From: Candidatus Uhrbacteria bacterium
Lineage (GTDB): Bacteria > Patescibacteriota > Patescibacteriia > UBA9934 > GWF2-40-263
NCBI GenBank assembly: GCA_016206085.1
Contig: JACQSF010000034.1
Span: 26-64,025, forward strand
Length of the DNA: 64,000 nt
Reading direction: 5' to 3'
The position numbers and the translations under genes are program-made. Of the stretch, positions 5,471 through 15,268 are shown in pieces. Numbering within the stretch: position 1 is the stretch's first letter; each line of letters opens with the position of its first letter. A model generated the notes under the pieces. That model was not told where the DNA came from, made no database searches, and saw only the letters and a list, made by a program, of their open reading frames with translations.

Positions 5471-8400
5471 TCAAGAGCACCCACTCGTGGCTCCACAATT
5501 GAGGCATTTGTAGCACGCGGCGTTGCGCACCATCATGCTGCCGCAGGTGTCACACGCAGGCGCATCGGACTGATTGTCGAATGTCTGTGTATGCACGCTG
5601 CGGAGCTCAAGTGGCTCTGTCTTCTTTGCTTCAAATAAGTTTGGCTGCTTCTCTGCTGTCTCCACCTTACCCACCTCCGCCACCTCTTCCACCTTCGCTA
5701 CCTCCTCAATCTCCTCTCCCCCATTGATTCCGACAGCCAGCTGGCTCTCACGTGGCAAAAACTTCAGCGCGAGCCAACGGAAGATGTAATCGGTTATGGA
5801 CTTGGCAATACGAATCTGCGGATTGTTCGTGTAGCCGGATGGTTCAAAACGCATGTGTACGAACTTGTTGACCAACACTTCCAGGGGCACCCCGTACTGA
5901 AGTCCGATCGAGATGGACGTGGCAAATGAGTCCATGAGTCCAGAAATCACCGAACCCTCTTTACTCATGGTCAAAAACAATTCTCCAGGCGTCCCGTCAT
6001 CATAGAGTCCCACCGTGATGTAACCCTCATGATTTCCAACCGCGAACTTGTGCGTAATAGCGCGACGCTCATCTGGAAGTCGACGTCGTCGCAATTTCTG
6101 ATCGTTCGCAACCTTGACCACCTCTACCACCTTATCCACCTCCTCCACCTTTTTGTCTTCATTTTGTTTCTTGGCGTCACTTTCTTTTGAAGTTGTGAGC
6201 GCCTGTTGACGCTTGGATCCGTCACGATAAATCGCAATAGCTTTAAGCCCGAGTTTCCATCCGGTCATGTACACATCCGCAATCTCTTTCACGGTTGCCT
6301 CGTGTGGCATGTTCACGGTTTTGGAAATGGCGCCAGAGATAAACGGCTGAACCGCCGCCATCATGTGCACATGACCCATGTAATGAATGGTGCGTGTTCC
6401 CTGCGCCGCTTTGAACGCACAGTCGAATACGCAAAGGTGTTCAGATTTCAGATGTGGTGCCCCCTCGATCGTATCTTTCTCTTGGATATACGCAAGGATA
6501 TCCGTGCGTTCACTATCACTGTATCCAAGTCGTGTAAGCGCTTCCGGAACAGTTTGATTGACGATCTTGAGCATACCGCCTCCCACAAGCCACTTGTACT
6601 TCACCAACGCAATGTCAGGTTCGATACCGGTCGTATCGCAGTCCATGAGAAAAGAAATAGTGCCGGTTGGGGCGATGACCGAAATCTGCGCGTTGCGCAA
6701 ACCAAACTTGCTTCCATGCTCCACAACGTTATCCCAGCTCTTACGTGCCTCAGTCAACAAATCCGCAGGGACTCCCTCCTGGGTGATCTGATAGGTTGCG
6801 TCTCGATGCATGCGCATCACTTCAAGGCAGGGTTCCTCGTTCGTTTTGTATCCAGCAAATGAACCAATTTTCTCGGCGATCTTCGCAGACTGGTAGTAAC
6901 AATGTCCGCTCTGAAGACTCGAAATCGCTGCGGCGAGATTTCGTCCCTCATCCGAATCGTAGGCCAACCCTCGACTCATCAACAACGCTCCCAGGTTTGC
7001 GTACCCGATTCCCAGTGGTCGGTAATCATGTGAGTTCTGCTCAATGGCCGGAGTAGGGTACACGCAGTTACTCACAATAATCTCCATGGCTGTGATAATG
7101 ATCTCGTTGGCTTTTTTAAACGCCTCGACATCAAAAATCGTCACACCGTTTTCATCGGGTTTGCGGAAACGCATGAGATTCAAGCTTGCAAGGTTGCACG
7201 CGGAGTCGTTCAAAAACATGTACTCCGAACAATTATGAATCAGAAGCCCGTTTGCTACAAAATGACTTGTACGCGGTTCCGTCAAATCATATACCTCTTC
7301 TATGCCCGCCTCGGTTAAGGACTCAAATTCATCGTAAAAATAATCCGTATACGCTCCCACTTCTTCATTCATTGTACGCAACTTTGCTCGTTTTGGACTC
7401 CCTGAAAGAAACCCTATAGCTCTCTCAAACTCGATGCGTGAATCACGGCTGATACGCAACGAATGCATTTGTTGAACGGGATATTCAGCAACGCCTCCTC
7501 GACCATTTGGCATCATCGTCTGAAATGTTTGTCTTCGATTCTCATATACTTTAGCCTTAATACCAAAACCAAGTAGAAGAAGTTGAACTTGTCGTAAAAG
7601 TAATACGCTGACTGAATCCAAACCAACATACTGCGATTTCTCGCCATAGTTGGCAACCGTCCCGTCAGCGCTAAACAACCCTCGCAAGAGAGCGGCCTGA
7701 GATTCCTTATCCAGCTCAAATATAGCATCTCTAAACTGCTTTTTGAGGGAACCTTGATCTACCAAGGCATATCTCTTAAGCGGCTCGACCACAGCTCGAC
7801 TGCTTGTTCCAATACGCACACCAGTTGGTGTATCTACCACAGAGCTCCATCGCGCACTACGCTGATCTGTGGCCATTTCTTGTTTGTACTCGTTTACTCG
7901 AGTGTTAAAGGATTGAAACATACCGTGCTCCTCCCTTCCTCCACTCACGAAAGCTATCTCTTGCTCCGATGTAAGACATCCATCGCCAACCGTCAATCCA
8001 ATCATTTCCGCAACCACTTCCTCAATATGAACGTTGCCAAAACCAGGCTGTTTGAGTTCAAGAAGATCACCGATTCGCAATTCAGATGCCGGAACATCCC
8101 CGCGATTCGCGGTCCAAACTTTATGATCCTCCGTTAATCTAAGTTGATAACCGCTCTTGGTACGAAGTTCAAAAATCGGTTTTATTCCAGTTGGAAAGAT
8201 ACGTGTCACATGGCTACTTTTTCCATCTGCTGCGATTACACGCGCATCTTTCCCAACCAATTCTCCAATACGTCTGTAGCCCGAATCAGTTGAAATAAGC
8301 GTGTCAGCGGTTACGCAAGGATTTGAAGCATAGATACGATCAGTATTCTTGCAGGTGTGCCAACGGTTGACGGTGGTATCGTACTGCATGCCCGGATCGC

Positions 8401-9856
8401 CACACTGCCAAGCCGCGTCTGACATCATGTTCATGAGCTCGCGTGCGTTGCGCGTCTGAACGGGTTCTCCTGTGGTCACGGCATGAGTCGTCCATGGTTC
8501 ATCATTCTCGACGGCCGACATAAAGCCATCGGTCACACGCACAGAATTATTGGCATTTTGAAAATAGATGCTGGCATATGCATCACCATCGATAGAAGAA
8601 TCGTAACCGGCATCAATGAGAGCCCATGCTTTCTTTTCTTCCTTGACTTTGCACATGATGAACTCATCGATATCCGGGTGATCAATGTCCAAGATAACCA
8701 TTTTTGCGGCACGACGAGTCTTTCCTCCACTCTTAATGACCCCCGCAAAGGCATCGAGTCCTTTCATGAAGGAAACGGGACCGGAGGCTTTTCCGTTGCT
8801 ACCGCCCAAGTACTCATGCCGTGAACGAATTTTTGAAAGATTAGAACCTGTTCCAGAACCACCCTTGAAAAGCATTCCTTCTGTGACGCAAAGGTTCAGG
8901 ATGGAACGCATGTCATCCTGCACGGAGTTAATAAAACAGGCGGAACACTGTTGTGGACGTGGAGTTCCAACATTAAACCAGACCGGAGAATTAAATGCCG
9001 CCATTTGATTCACAAGAATGTAATGAAGCTCGTCATCAAACGCCTGGGCGTCTTCCTGTGTTTGAAAATAACCGTCCTTGCGTCCCCAATTCGCGATGGT
9101 TTTCGCGACACGTCCAACAAGTTGCTTCACGGAATACTCACGATCTTCTTTTCCAATGGTTCCAAAAAAATACTTTGAGACAACAATGTTTGTTGCGGTT
9201 TGTGTCCAGGTCTTTGGAACCTCCACACCCTTTTGTTCAAACACGACCTTTCCCTTGGAATCCGTGATGGAAGCATCACGTGTTTCCCATTCAATCTCGT
9301 CGTAGGGGTGAACGTCAGGTTTGGTAAAATATCGACCGACAACAATCCCGTGACCATACACTTCTTCTCGCGCTTCTTGCTGCAATCGTCCTTTGAACGA
9401 GACGTACCGTTTGGCGACATGTGGAAGATTGTAATCAACCAACGTAACACAAACGAACTCACGCACATCCGCATAGGTCGGCGTGCTGTGCCCATCAAAC
9501 TGACGCGTCAATCGACTCACGACTTGCGAAACAATGCGAGCCACTAACGCCTCTTCTCTCATTCCCGATTCTTCCGCGGCTCGTTTAATGGATCCGTGGA
9601 GCTTCTGTATCTCAAACGGCTGCTCTTCTCCGTTGCGTTTTTGAATGCTTTTCACGGACGTCATAAACGTCCAGACAGCGTCTGAGATGGATCCGGTCAC
9701 AAGACTCGTAGATTGAGCCTTTTTCGTAGCATGGTCCGACATAGGGCGAGTAGGTCGAGACTGTTTAAGAAATGCGCGATCTTGCAACTTGCGGGGCCCC
9801 TCCACCGCCTCATCGTAGGATTTACCTACGCCTCGGCGGCTGGTTTCCCCGCGCAT
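5471..9856 (-). CDS. nrdJ: Class II (adenosylcobalamin-dependent) ribonucleotide reductase with N-terminal ATP-cone, C-terminal Zn-ribbon tail and one intein
   Basis: ATP-cone VKSIQKRNGEEQPFEIQKL. Extein junction YASNP|C...HN|CSEYMFLNDSACNLASLN restores the NPC..E...CNL active-site block. Tail CDTCGSMMVRNAACYKCLNCG. The true start may be M39 or M65. Confidence 0.9.
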   Translation of the reverse strand: MRGETSRRGVGKSYDEAVEGPRKLQDRAFLKQSRPTRPMSDHATKKAQSTSLVTGSISDAVWTFMTSVKSIQKRNGEEQPFEIQKLHGSIKRAAEESGMREEALVARIVSQVVSRLTRQFDGHSTPTYADVREFVCVTLVDYNLPHVAKRYVSFKGRLQQEAREEVYGHGIVVGRYFTKPDVHPYDEIEWETRDASITDSKGKVVFEQKGVEVPKTWTQTATNIVVSKYFFGTIGKEDREYSVKQLVGRVAKTIANWGRKDGYFQTQEDAQAFDDELHYILVNQMAAFNSPVWFNVGTPRPQQCSACFINSVQDDMRSILNLCVTEGMLFKGGSGTGSNLSKIRSRHEYLGGSNGKASGPVSFMKGLDAFAGVIKSGGKTRRAAKMVILDIDHPDIDEFIMCKVKEEKKAWALIDAGYDSSIDGDAYASIYFQNANNSVRVTDGFMSAVENDEPWTTHAVTTGEPVQTRNARELMNMMSDAAWQCGDPGMQYDTTVNRWHTCKNTDRIYASNPCVTADTLISTDSGYRRIGELVGKDARVIAADGKSSHVTRIFPTGIKPIFELRTKSGYQLRLTEDHKVWTANRGDVPASELRIGDLLELKQPGFGNVHIEEVVAEMIGLTVGDGCLTSEQEIAFVSGGREEHGMFQSFNTRVNEYKQEMATDQRSARWSSVVDTPTGVRIGTSSRAVVEPLKRYALVDQGSLKKQFRDAIFELDKESQAALLRGLFSADGTVANYGEKSQYVGLDSVSVLLLRQVQLLLLGFGIKAKVYENRRQTFQTMMPNGRGGVAEYPVQQMHSLRISRDSRIEFERAIGFLSGSPKRAKLRTMNEEVGAYTDYFYDEFESLTEAGIEEVYDLTEPRTSHFVANGLLIHNCSEYMFLNDSACNLASLNLMRFRKPDENGVTIFDVEAFKKANEIIITAMEIIVSNCVYPTPAIEQNSHDYRPLGIGYANLGALLMSRGLAYDSDEGRNLAAAISSLQSGHCYYQSAKIAEKIGSFAGYKTNEEPCLEVMRMHRDATYQITQEGVPADLLTEARKSWDNVVEHGSKFGLRNAQISVIAPTGTISFLMDCDTTGIEPDIALVKYKWLVGGGMLKIVNQTVPEALTRLGYSDSERTDILAYIQEKDTIEGAPHLKSEHLCVFDCAFKAAQGTRTIHYMGHVHMMAAVQPFISGAISKTVNMPHEATVKEIADVYMTGWKLGLKAIAIYRDGSKRQQALTTSKESDAKKQNEDKKVEEVDKVVEVVKVANDQKLRRRRLPDERRAITHKFAVGNHEGYITVGLYDDGTPGELFLTMSKEGSVISGLMDSFATSISIGLQYGVPLEVLVNKFVHMRFEPSGYTNNPQIRIAKSITDYIFRWLALKFLPRESQLAVGINGGEEIEEVAKVEEVAEVGKVETAEKQPNLFEAKKTEPLELRSVHTQTFDNQSDAPACDTCGSMMVRNAACYKCLNCGATSGCS
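7232..8317 (-). mobile_element. Intein (362 aa, aa 514-875) with LAGLIDADG homing-endonuclease domain, inserted at the catalytic NPC cysteine
   Basis: Starts CVTADTLI (TGC is rc of 8315-8317). Block B LTEDHKV. LAGLIDADG motifs IGLTVGDGCL and LLRGLFSADGTV. Ends VANGLLIHN (AAT is rc of 7232-7234), followed by Cys+1. Confidence 0.9.
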
Positions 9857-9972
9857 TGCAATATCATCGCATTTCTTAAACAGTGCTAAAAAGGTGGATT
9901 AATAAACGTCAGATAAAAAGAAGATCCAACATAGGGATCATCTTTCACTCCTGGGAAGGGGAAGGCGCTCCA

Positions 9973-10021
9973 CCACAAGATGTTGTGGTATATCTTCATT
10001 TTAGACCACGATATGTTGTGA
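9973..10021. promoter_or_regulatory. Putative tandem NrdR boxes upstream of nrdJ
   Basis: CCACAAGATGTTGTGG (9973-9988) and CCACGATATGTTGTGA (10006-10021). Each matches the palindromic consensus acaCwAtATaTwGtgt at 12/16. Centres are 33 bp apart, with TAAAAT (rc) between them. Confidence 0.5.
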
Positions 10022-10073
10022 GTCAAAGAACAGGTTATCCACACATTTTGACGACACTTCCAAAAAACGATGC

Positions 10074-10649
10074 CTAAAACCCCATGCTAAGATTAATCGC
10101 GGGGGTGGCCTCCTTGCGAGCAAAATCGACCGGAATCGCCTTACGGCCACCAAGCCGATCCTCGTACGCCAAGGCCCCATACTTCAACCCATATTCGTAT
10201 ACCGCTTTGGTGACTTTCACGTCCTGTAAACAGTAGTCTTTAATTTTCTGGATCTCCCCCTGCTTCCACCACTCCACCGCCTGAAGCCCATGGCCAGATT
10301 TACGAACCCCGACCGTTGCGGCCGCCACATCATCAAGTTTCAGTCGAAATCCCAGAACCTTATGAATCTGCTCAAGCATGTCGAGCTGGACAAAGCGATT
10401 CAGATCCCCTGGATAGTAGTTATTCAAAATGGGCGTATCGAAATACCGAGAGTTGTAACCGATCAGGCGATCACTTTTCTCAAGCCGCTTCCAAAGCTGA
10501 GGAAATTCCTTCTCCTCAAAACACTGGTACTCATCTGTTTCATAAAAATAGACGCCAACGACGGAAATACGCATCTGTTTGAAATCCGCTCCCGCGGCCG
10601 ATTGGGTCTCGATGTCAAAAACGACTTCTGTAGACATAGCGAATGCCAT
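10074..10649 (-). CDS. DEDD-type 3'-5' exonuclease (RNase H-like fold, PolB-exonuclease-like)
   Basis: ExoI VVFDIET, ExoII GYNSRYFDTPIL, ExoIII DYCLQDVKVT. Confidence 0.7.
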   Translation of the reverse strand: MAFAMSTEVVFDIETQSAAGADFKQMRISVVGVYFYETDEYQCFEEKEFPQLWKRLEKSDRLIGYNSRYFDTPILNNYYPGDLNRFVQLDMLEQIHKVLGFRLKLDDVAAATVGVRKSGHGLQAVEWWKQGEIQKIKDYCLQDVKVTKAVYEYGLKYGALAYEDRLGGRKAIPVDFARKEATPAINLSMGF

Positions 10650-10709
10650 TATAACATGAGTGGTTGAATGGTTAAGTCGCTTAGTCTTTGAGGCTTCTTA
10701 TCTCAACGA

Positions 10710-11258
10710 CTAAATCTCATAGACATGAAGTGTTGAACCACCAAATCTCTGGGATTCTATCTTCCGTAGGGTTGGAAAAATAAAATCCCGTGAAACAATA
10801 CGCGTCCCCTCTGGCAAACTCGCTTGCAGGCGTGGTTCAAGTTCTTTGTTCACTTCAGAAAATAAGTAGCAGGCCACAAAAGACGCCTGTGGGATAGGGT
10901 CTTTTAAGATGTCCCCACAAACGAACAAGGCCTTTGTCTGTATCCCCTGCATTCTTGCCCGTACACGCGCAACCCACACCAAAAGACCAAGACGTTCAAT
11001 CCCAATCCCCTCGCCTCCCAAAGCTACCGCTTCAAGAACAATGGATCCATCGCCAGATCCCAGATCAAGCAGACGATCTCCAGGTCGAAAATCGATCATC
11101 TCAAGCATCTTCCTAGACATACGCCTCGTCGTACGAATCCATGGAACCGTCATCATTCCTTGAATCAACAAATATCCAACAATCACCAACGTGATCGCTA
11201 AGATTAAAAGCACTCCCATGGAGAACCAAAAAGCTCCTGCATTCATATTGTTACTCAA
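10710..11258 (-). CDS. Membrane-anchored class I SAM-dependent methyltransferase (paralogue of 2569..3081)
   Basis: TM helix, then VPWIRT...LLDLGSGDGSIV (motif I). Same architecture as the other copy (PWVPT...VELGCGNA). Confidence 0.7.
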   Translation of the reverse strand: MSNNMNAGAFWFSMGVLLILAITLVIVGYLLIQGMMTVPWIRTTRRMSRKMLEMIDFRPGDRLLDLGSGDGSIVLEAVALGGEGIGIERLGLLVWVARVRARMQGIQTKALFVCGDILKDPIPQASFVACYLFSEVNKELEPRLQASLPEGTRIVSRDFIFPTLRKIESQRFGGSTLHVYEI

Positions 11259-12657
11259 CCGCTGTTACGGAAGCGGCCGCTTTAAGTCCCTCCGCATACG
11301 TAGGAAATGCGTGAATCATCCCAGCCATCTTGTCGACCGTCGCCCCTAGATAGATCCCAAGCGCCGCCTCATGGATAAGTTCACCTGCATGCGGACAAAT
11401 CGCATGGGCTCCGATCAATTTTCGAGTCTTTGGGTGAGCGATGAGCTTAATCAAACCTCCTAAAACGTGATCCGTCACGGCTCGACCAAGTGTTTGAACC
11501 TCATAACGCCCGACAAGAACTTTTCCGTACTTCGCGATGGCTTGTGCCTGCGTCATTCCCACACTTGCTACCTCAGGATCAATAAACGTCGCGCGCGGAA
11601 CAACTCGCTCATCTGTTTTGAGCAACCCCCCTTTTTTCTTCAAGACAACGCGAGCCGCATTGTGTCCCGCCACCCAACCCTCATGGTGAGCTGTGTGAGT
11701 GAACATCAGTCCTCCATCCACATCTCCGGCAGCAAAAATATGCGATTGATCCGTTCGTTGTTCTGGGGTGGTTCGTAAATGTGTGCCGTTCGCAAGCCCA
11801 GCATGCTCAAGACCAAGGTGCATCACACGAGGTCGTTTGCCTGCGGCCACAACAACGGTCTCAACGGCAAATATGCTCTCTTGCTTCTGAATCCTCACCT
11901 TCAAACCAATCGCTCCCATTCCGCCGTTGACACACGAGAGTACCTGCGCATCCACAACAACCTCCACGCCGATCGCCTCAAGAGCCTTGTGCGCTCGCCC
12001 AGAAATCTCCTCGTCCTCACGAGCTAAAACCATCGGAGCTGATTGCAAAATAACGACACGCGTTCCAAATGAGGCATAGAACGTTGCGATCTCACAGGCC
12101 ACCGGTCCCCCACCGATAATCGCCATCGACTTTGGTTGACGCGAAGCGGTCAACGCCTCCTTCCATCCCCAAAATCGAATATCCCGCAAACCGTCAATGG
12201 GGGGGATGACCTCTTGCGAACCGGTCGCAATCACAACGGCTCGAGCGATCAAACGCTCATTGTTCACTTCCAGGGTATGGGAATCGATAAATCGTGCCTC
12301 TCCTTTCTTCCAGGTGACCTTGAGACGTTTGAGTATCTGCATGTACCGCTCCCCCATAACTCCTCCAGTAATGGTTGCGACAACGCGTTGGCGATACGCC
12401 TGCACCTTCTTCCAATCAAAACTTCTCCCCGATGCCTCAATCCCAAACTCACGAACATTTCCAAGTGTTCGATACACGCTCGCCGCTTTCAACAGAGCCT
12501 TGGAGGGAACACAGGCGTCGTTGGGACATTCCCCGCCAAGATGTTCACCCTCAATAAGACACACACGAGCCCCCTGACTCACGGCTGCCTCTATCGCGGA
12601 AAATCCCGCTGACCCCGATCCGATGACGATAACATCAAATGGTACTTGCTTTGCCAT
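11251..12657 (-). CDS. Class I pyridine nucleotide-disulfide oxidoreductase (dihydrolipoyl dehydrogenase / mercuric reductase-like)
   Basis: GSGSAG FAD motif, redox-active GGECPNDACVPSK, second Rossmann IIGGGPVACE, C-terminal HAFPTYAE. Confidence 0.8.
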   Translation of the reverse strand: MAKQVPFDVIVIGSGSAGFSAIEAAVSQGARVCLIEGEHLGGECPNDACVPSKALLKAASVYRTLGNVREFGIEASGRSFDWKKVQAYRQRVVATITGGVMGERYMQILKRLKVTWKKGEARFIDSHTLEVNNERLIARAVVIATGSQEVIPPIDGLRDIRFWGWKEALTASRQPKSMAIIGGGPVACEIATFYASFGTRVVILQSAPMVLAREDEEISGRAHKALEAIGVEVVVDAQVLSCVNGGMGAIGLKVRIQKQESIFAVETVVVAAGKRPRVMHLGLEHAGLANGTHLRTTPEQRTDQSHIFAAGDVDGGLMFTHTAHHEGWVAGHNAARVVLKKKGGLLKTDERVVPRATFIDPEVASVGMTQAQAIAKYGKVLVGRYEVQTLGRAVTDHVLGGLIKLIAHPKTRKLIGAHAICPHAGELIHEAALGIYLGATVDKMAGMIHAFPTYAEGLKAAASVTAVE

Positions 12658-12660
12658 AGA

Positions 12661-13671
12661 CTAATTTGTTTTAAAAACATCTCGAGCGGCTTCCCAAAGA
12701 CGGTCGTCCCCAGCTTGTTTAAGCGCGTACCACCATTCCGATCCCCAAAGATACGCTTCAGACACTCCCACCTCACGGGCGAACTTGACGTTGCGGTTAA
12801 ACATTTCAACATCGAATGATTCATACCATTGGGTCAAAGGTCGAGACTCGATGGGCTCCGGGAACCAAGGCTCTGCCTGAAGCTCAGAAATAACCACTTG
12901 ACTTACATCCTCCCCCACAAGAGACGCTCGAAAAAAATAATATTCCGGCGTGAGTGGATACATGAAGTACCCAAAAAAATCATTCCACGTCTGACGATAG
13001 AGAGAAATCCCGAGGATATCAGCGGCCTGAGCCGAGTCCAGCCATGGGCCCAACTCGCCGCTCACGGTCACCTGAATAGGACGATCATCCAGCGATCGCA
13101 CCAAGTCCACACGCTCTTTGAACTGCACCACGCTCATACTAGGACACTCTCCGTAGGGAAAGAACGGTTCGTTTTCCACTTGCCAACGTATGATTGCCGA
13201 TGAACCCTTGTAATGGATCACGGATTCCTCAATAAACGCAAGAACGGCTTGACGCTGGAAGTCCTCGTTAAATGACTCAGCCCAATCTGGAATGTAGCAC
13301 TCAGGCCAGCGAGGAACTTTCATTCCCGTAACAAGCGTGACCTCCACTCCACGATCTTCAGAGATCGCGAGAAGATTGTCGGAAATAGCCCAATCATACT
13401 CTCCCTGAGCACGCTCAATTTCAGACCAATAGAGTGGTAATCGAACATGACGAACCCCTAAATCGTTGACAAGGGCTTGGTACATCTTCACGGGATCCTG
13501 ACCCAGTTGGAGCGCGTAGACCCAAGAGAACGTCACGCCAAACGTGGGTTCCACAAGGCTTCGTGTATTGAGCCAAACGAAGGCGAATGTGAACATGGCG
13601 AGGGTGAGAACCGTCGCCAATGAAGCGAGCATGTAAAAGTATTTGGAATGATGATGTTTCATGTCCTCCAC
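12661..13671 (-). CDS. Membrane-anchored clan GH-A (TIM-barrel) glycoside hydrolase
   Basis: N-terminal TM. VRLPLYWSEIERAQGEYDW. Acid/base WQVENEP. Candidate nucleophile ISELQAEPW. Confidence 0.55.
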   Translation of the reverse strand: MEDMKHHHSKYFYMLASLATVLTLAMFTFAFVWLNTRSLVEPTFGVTFSWVYALQLGQDPVKMYQALVNDLGVRHVRLPLYWSEIERAQGEYDWAISDNLLAISEDRGVEVTLVTGMKVPRWPECYIPDWAESFNEDFQRQAVLAFIEESVIHYKGSSAIIRWQVENEPFFPYGECPSMSVVQFKERVDLVRSLDDRPIQVTVSGELGPWLDSAQAADILGISLYRQTWNDFFGYFMYPLTPEYYFFRASLVGEDVSQVVISELQAEPWFPEPIESRPLTQWYESFDVEMFNRNVKFAREVGVSEAYLWGSEWWYALKQAGDDRLWEAARDVFKTN

Positions 13672-13680
13672 ATCTTCGTC

Positions 13681-15264
13681 CTAAATCTCTTCCTGTTTCT
13701 CACGCAAAAATGCGAGCCAACTTTCCACGATATCAATAGCCGCCTTAAACGGTGCTTCGATGATGAAATCGAAGAAGAACAAAAAGATATTCACTCGAGG
13801 GGCACGCAGTGCGACCCAACGTCCAGTACGGATGATCGGTAAAAACAGCATGTCCGCCACGGTACCAAAGAACCCTCGCGAGAGATCAACGACGACCAGT
13901 TCACGTCGTGTATTGCGTATGCGCAAGCCGAAATAGGCCACCAACGAAAGAAAGAAAATAAAAAAGAAAATCGACAGGCCGTTAAATGCAAACGATTTGA
14001 GAACGGAAGAAACGACAACGATCGTCAACACTAAGATCCCAACGTAAAGCGTGTTGAAAATCCACCAAAGTGCCCCGCGACCCCAACCACGCTTGCGCTT
14101 AAAGATGACCGAAAACTCATCTCCCACTCCGAAGATCGCATGAAGCTCCTCCAAAATCCGCTGAGTATTCTGTTTTCTGGGAATGCGTACACTCAAACTT
14201 ATGAGCATGAGCAAAATCGGCGGAAAAAGAATATTTATCGCCAGCGGAAGATAGTCACTGGTGTGTAAGACGAAAACTTCGTAGGGCAACTCGATCACAA
14301 CGGCCAGAATGGATTTAGTGAGAAGTAAAAACAGAGCCGCGCGAACAACTGTGCGCTTAAGCTTCCCACGGAAGGTGCTGTAGCGGGTCTCTGCCGCCTT
14401 TGTCAACGCGGTATCAATACTTGGAATGTCCCCCCCCTTGAGCGCCTGCCCGAATGCCTCTGGATTGTCCCGTACCACATCAGACAGGACATGGAACACG
14501 ACGGCATGGCGTCGGATAAAGCGATACATCTCATCTTGCGCTGGATGCAAAATTTGGTGTTCAACAGAATTGATCACCTTCATGAGGTTCATCGAAATTT
14601 CCTTCACAACAGCGTCCCCCCCTTGCGATTTACGCCAGGTGTTATAGTAGAGCGTCAAAACACGATACCGAAGCGTCGCCTGATTGGATTTAAGCACGGT
14701 GCGGTGGATGGCAATGTACAATTGAAGATCGCGCTCCTCTCCTTGGAGCGTCTGTGTCTGCCATTCCAGACGTTTCTTGAGTTCTTGATAAGCAAAACTC
14801 GCAAGCGCCTCATCAATACAGGGGGGACCCAGCAAGTACTCAATCTCCACGGAGAGAACGTCCAGGAGCCACTCATAGGCATGCTGGCCATCTTTGCTTT
14901 CTGGATCGAGCGTCGTAAACAGTAATTTGTACTTCTCCAAAATTGTCCCGACCTTCTGGATCATGTTGGTTGGAACTTTGCCATTATGCAGGTAGCGAGC
15001 CCAAATCAACTCTTTGAGGAGCTTGGTCGCCATCTCACGAGACGGCCCATCCACCATGCGACGCTTAAGAATGCGATGAATCGCGTTTCGACGCAACAAA
15101 TGCTCCTCGTCATATTCCAGCGCGTTGCGGACTGTTTCGTAAACCGAAGCGGCCGCGGAAACCGTTTCAGAAACGTTCATCACGTCCTCTTCTTTCTCAA
15201 GTTCCTCGGCCTCTCGTCGCATTTGTACAACCGTCGAAAGAAGATGTTCCAGAGTTTTATCCAT
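13681..15264 (-). CDS. Hypothetical integral membrane protein
   Basis: Start taken at MDKTLEHLL (avoids overlap with the upstream stop at 15269). Soluble N-terminal half, several TM helices in the C-terminal half. Confidence 0.65.
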   Translation of the reverse strand: MDKTLEHLLSTVVQMRREAEELEKEEDVMNVSETVSAAASVYETVRNALEYDEEHLLRRNAIHRILKRRMVDGPSREMATKLLKELIWARYLHNGKVPTNMIQKVGTILEKYKLLFTTLDPESKDGQHAYEWLLDVLSVEIEYLLGPPCIDEALASFAYQELKKRLEWQTQTLQGEERDLQLYIAIHRTVLKSNQATLRYRVLTLYYNTWRKSQGGDAVVKEISMNLMKVINSVEHQILHPAQDEMYRFIRRHAVVFHVLSDVVRDNPEAFGQALKGGDIPSIDTALTKAAETRYSTFRGKLKRTVVRAALFLLLTKSILAVVIELPYEVFVLHTSDYLPLAINILFPPILLMLISLSVRIPRKQNTQRILEELHAIFGVGDEFSVIFKRKRGWGRGALWWIFNTLYVGILVLTIVVVSSVLKSFAFNGLSIFFFIFFLSLVAYFGLRIRNTRRELVVVDLSRGFFGTVADMLFLPIIRTGRWVALRAPRVNIFLFFFDFIIEAPFKAAIDIVESWLAFLREKQEEI

Positions 15265-15268
15265 AAAA

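Noticed and set aside
5471-9856. Many antisense or alternative-frame ORFs inside nrdJ (for example 6206..6862, 7754..8137, 8483..8824, 9200..9547), and nrdJ read as a single 1461-aa enzyme
   Set aside because: The minus-strand frame has RNR and intein motifs along its entire length, and the others have no motifs. The 1461 aa are a 1099-aa RNR plus a 362-aa intein, not one enlarged enzyme.
9857-10073. Cobalamin riboswitch or coding ORF 9883..10077 upstream of nrdJ
   Set aside because: I could not find B12-box-like or other riboswitch core sequence. The region is better explained by the promoter plus two NrdR-like palindromes, and the ORF has no RBS or motif. An Rfam scan should confirm.
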